A DNA stretch of 64,000 bases from the human T2T-CHM13v2.0 reference genome, Homo sapiens. Where the stretch lies: NCBI RefSeq assembly GCF_009914755.1, contig NC_060938.1; one strand, written 5' to 3'. The position numbers and the translations under genes are program-made. Within the stretch, counting starts at the first letter, position 1. Each line of letters opens with the position of its first letter. Shown one piece after another: positions 52,803-64,000 of the stretch. The notes under the pieces are model-generated. The model saw only the letters and a list, made by a program, of their open reading frames with translations, was not told where the DNA came from and did not search any database.

Positions 52803-55800
52803 TGAAGCATTCTTCTGATTAATCAGTTTGGGTACTCTGTTCTTGTAGAATCTGCAAGGAGATATTTGTGAGTGCTTTGAGGCCCTTGGTGAAAAAGGAA
52901 ATACCTTCATATAATAAATAGACAGAAGTTCTCTGAGAAACCTCCCTGTCATGTGTACATTCATCTCACATAGTTGAAACAGTCTTTTGACTGAGCAGTT
53001 TGAAAACTGTCCAGTTGTAGAATCTGCAAAGGGATAATTGTGAGCCCTATGAGGCCTATGTTGAGAAAGAAAATATGTTCACATAAAAACTAGACAGAAG
53101 ATTTCTGAGAAACTCTTTGTGGTGTGTGCATTCATCTCACAGAGTTGAACCATTCTTTTGATTGAGCAGTTTGTAAACAGACTTTTTGTAGAATCTGCAA
53201 AGGGATATTTGTCAGCTTTATGAGGCTTATGGTGAAAAAGGAAATATCTTCAATAAAAACTATAAAGAATGTTTCTGAGAAGCTGTTTTGCAAGGTGTGC
53301 ACTCATCTCAGAGAGAAAAAAGTTTCTATTCTTTGATGAGTCTGGAAACTCTGTTCTTGTAAAATCTGCAAAGGGATATTTGTGAGTGGCTTGAGGCCTA
53401 TGGTGAAAAAGGAAATATCTTCACATAAAAACTACACAGAAGGTTTCAGAGAAACTTCTTTGTGATATGTGCATTCATCTCACAGAGTTGAACCATTCTT
53501 TTGATTGAGAAGTTTGGAAACAGTCTTTTCAGAGAATTTGCAAAGGGATATTTTGAGCGCTTTGTTAGGTATGGTGAAAAGGGAAATATCTTCACATAAA
53601 AAGTGGACAGAAGCTTTCAGAGAAACTTATTTGCGATGTGTGCATTCATCTCACAGAGTTGAACTTTTCTTTTTATTTAGCAGTTTGGAAAGAGTCCTTT
53701 TCTAGAATCTGCAGAGGGATATTTGTGAGCCCTTTATGGCTTAAGGTGAAATAGGAAATATCTTCACATAAAAACTAGACAGAGGCATTCTGAGAAACTT
53801 CTTCATGAAGTGTGCTTTCATCACACAGAGTTGAACCTCTCTTTTGATTGAGGAGTTTGGAAACGGCCTTTTTGTAGAATATGGAAATGGATATTTGGAG
53901 CACTTTGAGGCCTATGGTGAAAAAAGAAATATCTTCACCTGAAAACTAGACAGAAGCATTCTGAGAAACTTCTTTGTGATGTATGCACTCATCTCACAGA
54001 GTTTAACCTTTCTTCTGATTGAGCAGTTTCAAAACAGTCCTTTTGTAGAATCTGCAAAGGGATATTTGTGAGCCCTTTGAGGCCTATGGTGAAATAGGAA
54101 ATATCTTCACATAAAAACTAGTCAGAAGATTTCGGACAAACTTCTTTGTGATGTGTGTTTTCATCTCACAGAGTAGAACCTTTCTTTTGATGGAGCAGTT
54201 TGGAAACACACTTTCTCTAGAATCTGCAAAGGGATATTTGGAGCAGTTTGAGTACTATGGTGAAAAAGGAAATATCTTCACATAAAAACTAGAAAGCAAC
54301 ATTCTATGAATCTACTTTGTTACGTGTGCTTTCATCTCACAGAGTTGAACCTTCCTATTCATTGAGCAGTTTGGAAACCATCTTTTTGTAGAATCTGCAA
54401 ATGGATATTTGGAGCGGTGTGAGGCCTTCTTGAGAAAGGAAACATCTTCACATAAAAACTAGACAGAAGCATTCTGAGAAACTTCTTGGTGATGTGTGCA
54501 TTTATCACACAGAGTTGAACCCTTCTTTATATTAAACAGTTTGGAAACTGTCTTTTTGTAGTATCTGTAGAGGGATGTTTGCGCGAATTTGAGGCCTATG
54601 GTGAACAAGGAAATATATTCACATAAAAACTAGACAGAAGCTTTCTGAGAAACTTCTTTGTGATGTGTGAATTCATCTGAAAGTGTTGAACCTTTCTTTG
54701 GATTGAGCAGTTTGGAAACAATCCTTTTGTAGAATCTTCAAAGGTATATTTCTGAGCCCATTGAGGTCTATGGTGAAATATGATATATTTTCCCATAAAA
54801 ACTAGACAGAAGATTTCTAAGAAACTTCTTTGTGATGTGTGCTTCCATCTCACAGAGTTGAACTTTTCTTTTGGTTGATCAGTTTGGAAACACTCTTTTT
54901 GTAGAATCTGCAAATGGATATTTGGAGCGCTTTGAGGCCTGTGGTAAAAAAGGAAATATCATCACATAAAAATTCGACAGAAGAATTCTGAGAAACTTCT
55001 TTTTGAAGCTTGCATTCTTCTCACACAGCTGAACATTTCTTTGATTGAATATTTGGAAACAGTCTTTTTGTAAAATCTACAAAGGGATAATTGTGAACCC
55101 TTTGAGGCCTATGGTGAACTAGGAAATATCTTCACATAAAAACTACACAGAAACTTTCTGAGAAACATTTAGTGATCTGTGCATTCATCTCACAGATTTG
55201 AACCTTTCCTTTGCTAGAGCAGTTTGGAAACATTCCTATTGTAGAATCACCAAAGGGGTATTTCTCAGCTGATTGAGGCCTTTGGTGATATAGGAAATAT
55301 CTTCACATAAAAGCTAGACAGAAACTTTCTGAGAAACTTATTTTTAATGAGTGCTTTCATCTCAAAGAGTTAAGCATTTCTTTTGACTGAGCAGTTTGGA
55401 AACACTCTTTTTGCATAATCTGCAAATGGATAATTGGAGAGTTTTGAGGCCTATGGTGGAAAAGCAAATATCTTCACATAAAAACTAAACAGAAGCGTAC
55501 TGAGAAACTACTTTGTAATGCGTGCATTCATCTCACAACGTTGAAACCCTGTTTTGATTGAGCAGTTTGTAAACAGTCTTTTTGTAGAATCTGCAAATGG
55601 ATATTTGGAGTGCTTTGAGGCCAATGGTGAAAAAGGAAATATCTTCACAAAAAAACTAGAAAGAAACATTCTGAGAAACTTCTTTGTGATATGTGCTTTC
55701 ATCTCACAGAGTTGAACCTTTCTTTTCATTGAGCAGTTTTGAAACAGACTTTTTATAGAATCTGGAAATGCTTATTTGGAGAGCTTTGAGGCCTATGGTG

Positions 55801-58800
55801 AAAAAGGAAATATCTTCAGATAAACACTAAACAGAAGCTTTCTGAGAAACTTCTTTGTGATGCCTGCATTCATATCACAGAGCTGAAATTTTCTTTTGAT
55901 TTAGCAGTTTGTAAACAGTCTTTTGGTAGAATCTGCAAATGGATACTTGGAGTGCTTTGAGGCCTATGGTGAAAAAGAAAATATCTTCACAAAAAAACTA
56001 GAAAGATACATTCTGAGAAACTTCTTTGTGATGTGTGCTTTCACCTCACAGAGTTGAAACTCTCTTTTCATTGAGCAATTTGGAAACAGTCTTTTTGTGG
56101 AATCTGCAAATGGATATTTGGAGTGCTTTGAGGCCTATGGTGAAAAAGGAAATATCTCACATAAACCCTAGACAGAAGTATTCTGAGAAACTTTTGTCTT
56201 GTGTCCATTCATCTCACAGAGTTGAACCTTTCTTTGGATTGAGCAGTTTGGAAACAGTCTTTTTGTAGAATCTGCGAAAAATATTTTTGAGCCCTTTATG
56301 GCCCATGGTGAAACAGGAATTATCCTCACAGAAAAACTAGACAGAATCCTTCTCAGAAACTTCTTTGTGATGTGTGCTTTCAACACACGGAGTTGTAGCT
56401 TTCTTTTGATTGAGCAGTTTGGAAACAGTCTTTTTGCGGAATCAGCAAATGGATGTTTGGAGCGCTTTGAGGCCTTTGGTGAAAAAGTAAATACCTTCAC
56501 ATAAAAAATAGACAGAAGCATTGTAAGAAACATCTCTGTTATGTGTGCATTCATCTCATACAGTTGAATCCTTCTTCGATTGAGGAGTTTGGAAACAGTC
56601 TTTCTGTGGAATCAGCAAATGGATATTTTGAGCGCTTTGAGGCCCATGCTGAAAAAGGAAATACCTTCACATAAAAAATATACAGAAGGATTGAGAGAAA
56701 CATCCATGTGATGTGTACATTCATCTTATAGAGTTGAACCTTTCTTTGATTGAGAAGTTTGGAAACAGTCCTTTTGTAGAATCTGCAAAGGGATATTTCT
56801 GAGCCCATTGAAGCCTAGGGTGAAAAAGAAATATCTTCACATAAAAACTAGATAGAAGCATTCTGATAAACTTTTTTGTGGTGTGCCCATTCATCTCAAA
56901 GTGTTGAAACTTTCTTTGGATTGAGCAGTTTGGAAACAGTCTTTTTGTAGAATTTGCAAAAAATATTTGTGAGCCCTATATGGCCCATGGTAAAATAGGA
57001 AATATCTTCACATATAAACTAGACAGAAGCTTTCCGAGAAACTTCTTTGTGATGTTTACTTCCGTGTCACAGGATTGAACCTTTCTTTTTGATAGAGCAG
57101 ATTGGAAACACTCTTTTTGTAGAATCTACAAATGGGTATTTGGAGCGCTTTGAGGCCTATGGTGAAAAAAGAAATATCTTCACATAAAAACTAGACAGAT
57201 GCATTCTGCAAAACCTCTTTGTGATGTGTGCATTCATCTCACAGGGTTGAATAATTCTTTGGATTCAGCAGTTTTCTAAACAGTCCTTTTGTAGAATCTG
57301 CAAAGGGATATTTATGAGCCCACTGAGTCCTATGGTGAAAAAGGAAATATCTTCAAATAAAAGCAAAACAGAAGTGTTCTGAGAACCTTCTTTTTGATGT
57401 GTGCATTCGTCTATCAGCATTGAAACTTTCTTTTGATTGAGCAGGTTGGAAACAGTCTTTTTGTAAGATCTGCAAAGGGATATTTCTGAGCCGTTTGTGG
57501 CTGATGGTGAAAAAGAAATATCTTCACATAAAAACTAGACAGAAGCATTCTGAGAAATCTCTTTCTGATGTGTGCATTCATCTCACAGAGTTGAATCTTT
57601 CTTTTGTGTGAACAGTTTGGAAACAGTCTTTTTTTTTTGAATATGCAAACGGATATTTGTGAGCCCTTTGCAGCCTAAGGTGAAATAGGAAATTCCTTCA
57701 CATAAAAACTAGACAGAATCTTTCTGAGAAAATGCTTTGTGATGTGTGCTTTAATCTCACAGAGGTGAAATTTTCTTTTGATTGAGCAGTTTGGAAACAG
57801 CCTTTTTGTAGAATCTGCAAATGGATATTTGCAGTGTTTTTAGGCCTATGGAGAAAAAGGAAATATCTTCACAAAAACACTAAAAAGAAGCTTTCTGAGA
57901 AACTTATTTGTGATGCGTGGACTCATATCACAGAGCTGATCGTTTCTTTTGATTGAGCAGATTGGAAACCATCCTTTTGTACAATCTGCAAAGAGATATT
58001 TTTGAGCCGTTTGATGCCTATGGTGAAAAAGAATTATCTTCACATAAAAAGTAGATAGAATCATTCTGAGAAACTCCTTTGTGATGTGTGCATTCACCTC
58101 ACAGATTTGAACCTTTCTTTTCTTGGAGCAGTTTGGAAACAGTCTTTTTGTAGTATCTGCAGAGGGATATTTGTGAGCAGTTTAAGGCCTATGGTGAAAA
58201 AGGAAATATCTTCACATTAAACTAGACAGAAGCATTCTGAGAAACGTATATTTTATGTGTGCATTCATCTCACAGAGATGAATCTTTCTTTTCATTGAGC
58301 AGTTTGGAAAGAATTTTTTATACAAAGTGCAAAGGGATATTTCTGAGTGCTTTGAGGCCTATAGTGAAAAAATAATATCTTCACATATAAACTAGACAGA
58401 AGCATTCTGAGAAACTTCTTTTTTAATATGTGCATTCACCTCACAGAGTTGAAACTTTCTTTTCATTGAGCAGTTTGGAAACAGCCTTTTTGTGGAATTT
58501 GCAAATGGATGTTTTGTGTGTTTTGAGGCCTATGGTGAAAAAGTAAATATCTTCACATTAAAACTAGACAGAAGCATTCTGGGAAACTTCTTTGTGATGT
58601 ATACATTCATCTCACGTTGTTGAGCCTATCTTTTGATTGAGCAGATTGGAAACAGTCTTTTTGTTGTATCTGCAGAGGGATATTTGTGAGTGGTTTGAGG
58701 TCTATGGTGAAAAAGGGAATACCTTCACATAAAAGCTAGACAGAAGCATTATGGGAAACTTCTCTGTGATGTGTGCATTCAACTCACTGAGGTGAAACTT

Positions 58801-61800
58801 TCTTTAGATTGAGCAGTTTGGAAACTATACTTTTTTAGAATCTGCAAAGGGATATTTCTGAGCCCATTGAGGCCTAGGGTGAAAAAGAAATATCTTCACA
58901 TAAAAACTGGACAGATGCATTCTGAGAAACTTCTTTGTGATGTGTCCATTCATCTCACAGAGTTGAACCTTTCTTTGGATTGAGCAGTTTGGACAGTCTT
59001 TTTGTAGAATCTGTAAAAAATATTTGTGATCCCTTTACAGCCTATGTTGAAAAAGGAAATATCTTCACATAAAAACTAGACAGGAGCTTTCTGAGAAACT
59101 ACTTTGTGATGTGTGCTTTCTTCTCACATAGTTGAACCTATCTTTTGAATGAGCAGTTTGGAAATGCTCTTTTTGTAGAGTCTGTAAATGGATATTTGGA
59201 GCATTTTGAGGCCTATGGTAAGAAAGGAAATATCTTCACATAAAAGCCAGACAGAAGCATTCTTAGAAACTTCTTCATGATGTGTGTATTCATCTCACAG
59301 AGTTGAATATTTCTTTGGATGCAGCAGTTTGGAAACAGTCTTTTTGTAGTATCTGCAGAGGGATATTCATGAGCAGTTTAAGGCCTATGGTTAAAAAGGA
59401 TATATCTTCACAGAAAACCTCGACAGATCCATTCTGAGAAACTTCTTTGAGATGTGTGCATTCATCTCACAGAGTTGAACCTTTCTTTGGATTGAGCAGT
59501 TTTCTAAACAGACCTTTTGCAGAATCTACAAAGGGATACTTCTGAGCCCATTGAGGCTTATGGTGAAAAAGGAAATATCTTCACATGAAATCTTAACAGA
59601 AGTTTTCTGAGAAACTTCTTTGTGATGTGTGCATTCACCTCACAGTGTTGAAACTTTCTTTTGATTGAGCAGTTTGGAAACAGTCTTTTTGTACAATCTG
59701 CAAAGGGATATTTCTGAGCCATTTGAGGCCCATCGAGAGAGAAATATCTTCATATAAAAACTAGACAAAAGCATTCTGAGAAACTTCTTTGTAATGTATG
59801 CATTCATCACACATAGTTGAAATTTTCCTCTGATTGAGCAGTTTGGAGACAGTATTTTTGTATAATATGCAAAAGGATATTTGTGAGCCCTTTCAGGCCT
59901 ATGGTGAAATAGGGAATATCTTCACAAAAAAACTAGACAGAAGCTTTCTGATAAACTTCTTTGTGATGCGTGCTTTCATCTAACAGAGTTGAACTTTTCT
60001 TTTGATTGAGCAGTTTGGAAACAGTCTTTTTGTAGAATCTGAAGATGGATATTTGCAGCGTTTCAGGCCTATGGTGAACAGGAAATTTCTTCACATAAAA
60101 ACTAGAGAGAAGCATTCTGAGAAACTTCTTTGTGATGTGTACATTCATGTCACAGAGTTGAAACTTTCCTTGGATTGAGCAGTTTGGAAAGAGTCCTTTT
60201 GTAGAATCTGCAAAGGGATGTTTGTGAGCACATAGGGGGCCTATGGTGAAATAGGAAATGTCTTCATATAAAAACTAGACAGAAGCTTTCTGTAAAACTT
60301 CTTTGTGTTGTGTGCTTTCACCTCACAGAGTTGAACATCTCTTTTGATTGAGCAGTTTGGAAACACTCTTTTTGTAGGACTTGCAAACGGATATTTGGAG
60401 TGCTTTGAGGCCTATGGTGAAAAAGAAAATATCTGTATATAAAAACTAGACAGAAACTTTCTGAGAAACTTCCTTGTGATGTGTACTTTCATCTCACAGA
60501 TTTGGACCTTGCTTTTCATTGAGCAGTTTGGCAACAAGTCATTTTGTAGAATCTGCAAAGGGATATTTGTGAGTGGTTTGAGGCCTATGGTGAAAAAGTA
60601 AATATCTTCACCTAAAACCTAGACAGAAGCATTTTGAGAAAACTCTTTGTGATGTTTGCATTCATCTCACTGAGTTGAACCTTTCTGTTCATTGAGCAGT
60701 GTGGAAACATACTTTTTGTGCAATCTGTAAAGGAATATTGGTTTGCAGTTTGAGACCTATGGTGAAAAAGTAATATCTTCACATAAAAACTAGACAGAAG
60801 CATTCTGAGAAACTAATTTTTTATGTGTGCATTGATCTCACAGAGTTGAACCTTTCTTTTGATGAAGCAGTTCGGAAACAGTTTTTTGTAAAATCTGAAT
60901 AGGGATATTTGTGATCCCTTTGAGGCCAAAGGTGAAATAGGAAATATCTTCACATAAAAACTAGATAGAAACTTTCTGAGAAACTTCTTTGCGACGTGGG
61001 CTTTCATCTCACAGATTTGAACCTTTATTTTGATTGCGCAGTTTGGAAAGAGTCTTTTTGTAGAATCTGCGAATGTATATTTGGAACGTTTTAAGGCCTC
61101 GAGGGAAAAAGGAAATATTTTCACATAAAAACAACACAGTAGCTTTTTGAGAAATCTCTTTGTGACATTTCCATTCATCTCTAAGAGCTGACCATTTATT
61201 TTCATTGAGCAGTTTGGAAACAGTCTTTTTGTACAAAATGCAAAGGGATACTTCTGAGCAGTTTGAGGTCAATGGTGAAAAATAAATATCTTCACATGAA
61301 AACTAGACAGAAACATTTTGAGAAACTCCTTTGTGATGTGTGCATTCTTCTCACAGAGTTGAACCTTTCTTTTGATTTAGCAATTTGGAGAAAGTCTCTT
61401 GGTAGTATAAGTGGAGTTATATTTGTGAGCGATTTAAGGCCTATGGTGCAAAAGGAAACACCTTCACATAAAAAGTAGACAGAAGCTTTCTGAGAAACTT
61501 TGTGATGGGTGTTTTTGTCTCACAGATTTGAGCCTTTCTTTTGATTGACCAGTTTGGAAACATTCTTTTTGTAGAATCTGCAAATGGATATTTGGAGCAA
61601 TTTGAGACCTATGGTGAAAAAGGAAATATCTTCACATAAAAACTAGACAGAAGAATTCTGAGAAACTTCTTTGTGATGAGTGCATTCAACTCACATAGTT
61701 GAAACATTCTATATGGACCAGTTTGGAAACAGTCTTTTTGTAGTACCTGCAGAGGGATATTTTTGAGTCGTTTAAAGACTATGGTGAAAAAGGAAATATC

Positions 61801-64000
61801 TTCACATAATAACCAGACAGAAGCATTCCGAGAAACTTCTTTGTGATGTGTGCATTCATCTCACAATGTTGAACGTTTCTTTTGATTGAGCAGTTTGGAA
61901 ACAGAACTTTTGTAGAATCTGCAAAGGGATATTTCTGAGCCCATTGATTCTTATGGCAAAATAGGAATTATCTTGAGATAAAAACTAGACAGAAGATTTC
62001 TGAGAAACTTCTTTGTGATGTGTGCTTTCATCTCACAGAGTTGAAAATTTCTTTTGATTGAGCAGTTTGGAAAGAGTCTTTTTGTATAATCTGCAAATGG
62101 ATATTTGGAGCACTTTGTGGCCTAATGTGAAAATGGAAATATCTTCACATAAAAACTAGACAGAAGAATTCTGAGAAAATTATTTGTGATTTGTGCATTC
62201 ACCTCAGAGAGGTGAACTTTTCTTTTGATGGAGCTGTTTGGAAACAGTCTTTTTATAGTGTCTGCAGAAGGATATTTGTGAGCGGTTTAAGGCCTGTGGT
62301 GAAAAAGGAAATATCTTCACATAAAAACTAGACAGAAGTTTCTGAGAAACTTCTTTGTGATGTGCGCATTCATCTCACAGTGTTGAAACTTTATTTTGTT
62401 TGAGCAGTTTAGAAACAGTCTTTTTCTGCAATCTGCAAAGGTATATTTCTGAGCCATTTGAGGTCTATGGTGAAAAAGAAATATCTTCACATTGAAACTA
62501 GACAGAAGCATTCTGAGGAACTTCTTTGTGATGTCTCCATTCATCTGACAGAGTTGAAAGTTTCTTTTAATTCAGCACTTTGGAAACCATATTTTTGTAG
62601 AATCTGCAAAGGGATATTTTTGAGACATTTGAAGCCTATAGTGAAATACTAAATATCTTCACATAAAAACTAGACAGGAGAATTCTGAGAAACTTCATTC
62701 TGATGTGTGCATTCACCTCACAGAATTTAACCTTTCTTTTGATTGAGCAGTATGGAAATGTTCGTCTTTTAGAATTTGGAAAGGGATATTTCTTAGCCCT
62801 TTGAGGCCTATGGTGAAACTGGAAATATCTTCACATGAAAACTAGACCAAAGCTTTCTGAGAAATTTCTTTGAAATGTGTGCTTTCATCTCACAGAGTTA
62901 AAACTTACTTTTGATTGAGCAGTTTAGAAACACTCTTTTTGTGAAATCTGTAAATGGATATTAGGAGCACTTTGAGGCCAATGGTGACAAAGGATATATC
63001 TTCATGTAAAAACTAAACAGAAGTTTTCTGAGAAACTACTTTTTGATGTGTCCATTAATCTAACAGAGTTGAAACTTTCTTTTTATTGAGCAGTTTGGAT
63101 AGAGTCTTTTTGTAGAATCTGCAAAAAATATTTGTGAGCCCTTTATTGCCTATGGTGAAATAGGAATTTTCTTCACATATAAACTAGACAGAAGCAGTCT
63201 GAGAAACTTCTTTGTGATGTATGCATTCATCTCACATAGTTGAAACTGTCTTTGGATTGAGCAGTTTGGAAAGAGTCCTCTTGTAGAATCTGCAAAGGGA
63301 TATTTCTGAGCCCATTGAGTACTATGGTGCAATGTGAAATATCTTCACATAAAAACTAGACAGAAGCTTTCTAAGAATCTTCTTTGTGATGTGTGCTTTC
63401 ATCTCACAGAATTGAAACTTTCTTTTGAGTGAGGAGTTTGGAAACACTCTTTTTCTAAAATCTGCAAGTGAATATTTGGAGAGCTTCTGAGGCCCATGGT
63501 GAAAAACGAAATAACTTCACATAAAAACTAAACAGAAGTTTTCTGAGAAACTTTCTTGTGATGTGTGCATTCATCTCACAGAGTTGAACCTTTCCTTTGA
63601 TTGAGCAGGTTGGAAAGAGGCTTATTGTACAATCTGCAAAGGGATAATTCTGATCCGTTTGAGGCCTATGGTGAAAGAGAAATATCTTCACATAAAAACT
63701 AGACAGAATCATTCCGAGAAATTTCTTTGTGATGTGTCCATTCATCTCACAGAGTTGAACCTTTCTTTTGATTGAGCAGTTTGGAAACAGTCTTTTTGTA
63801 AAACCTTCAAAGGGATATTTGTGAGCCCTTTATGGCCTCAGGTGAAATAGGAAGTATCTTCACATACATACTAGAGAGAAGCTATCTGAGTAACATTTTT
63901 GTGATGTGTGCTTTCATCTCAGAGAGGTAAAAATTTTTTTTGATTGAACAGTTTGGAAACAGTCTTTTTGTAGAATCTGCAAATGGATGTTTGGATTGCT

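Larger units (their letters stand above)
50891..64000 (+). repeat. Alpha satellite block C: a different, probably older monomer type, forward orientation, interrupted by L1
   Basis: Monomers carry GCAGTTTGGAAACAGTC, CTGCAAAGGGATATTTGTGAGC or CTGCAAATGGATATTTGGAGC, and GGTGAAA(A/T)AGG, which blocks A and B lack as consensus. No CENP-B box seen. Confidence 0.96.

Overview
Primate (human/great-ape-like) pericentromeric heterochromatin; no intact protein-coding gene, RNA gene or CRISPR array is supported. About three quarters of the window is diverged ~171-bp alpha satellite with no CENP-B box that I could find. It forms three blocks that differ in sequence type and orientation: forward 1-6394, reverse 6399-38570 and forward 50891-64000. 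A 12.3-kb diverged (CATTC/CACTC)n HSat3-like array at 38571-50890 carries 15 copies of the same ~56-bp antisense Alu fragment, making it a composite satellite. Three retrotransposon insertions have target-site duplications: a 5'-inverted L1PA2-like element (12012-14304), a 5'-truncated AluY (24704-24832) and a truncated L1PA4-like element (51661-52802). All three sit at the same TTCTTTT/GA position of the alpha monomer. The reverse block holds a decayed 11-monomer higher-order repeat (~20-33 kb) and a separate 11-monomer tandem duplication (8.3-11.9 kb). Except for the L1 ORF2 remnants, the listed ORFs are by-products of repeats. All alignments were done by eye, so subfamily and layer names are tentative. 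I found no evidence for a new gene system; the most unusual structures are the composite Alu-fragment/CATTC satellite, the shared insertion site and the fold-back-like inversion junction.
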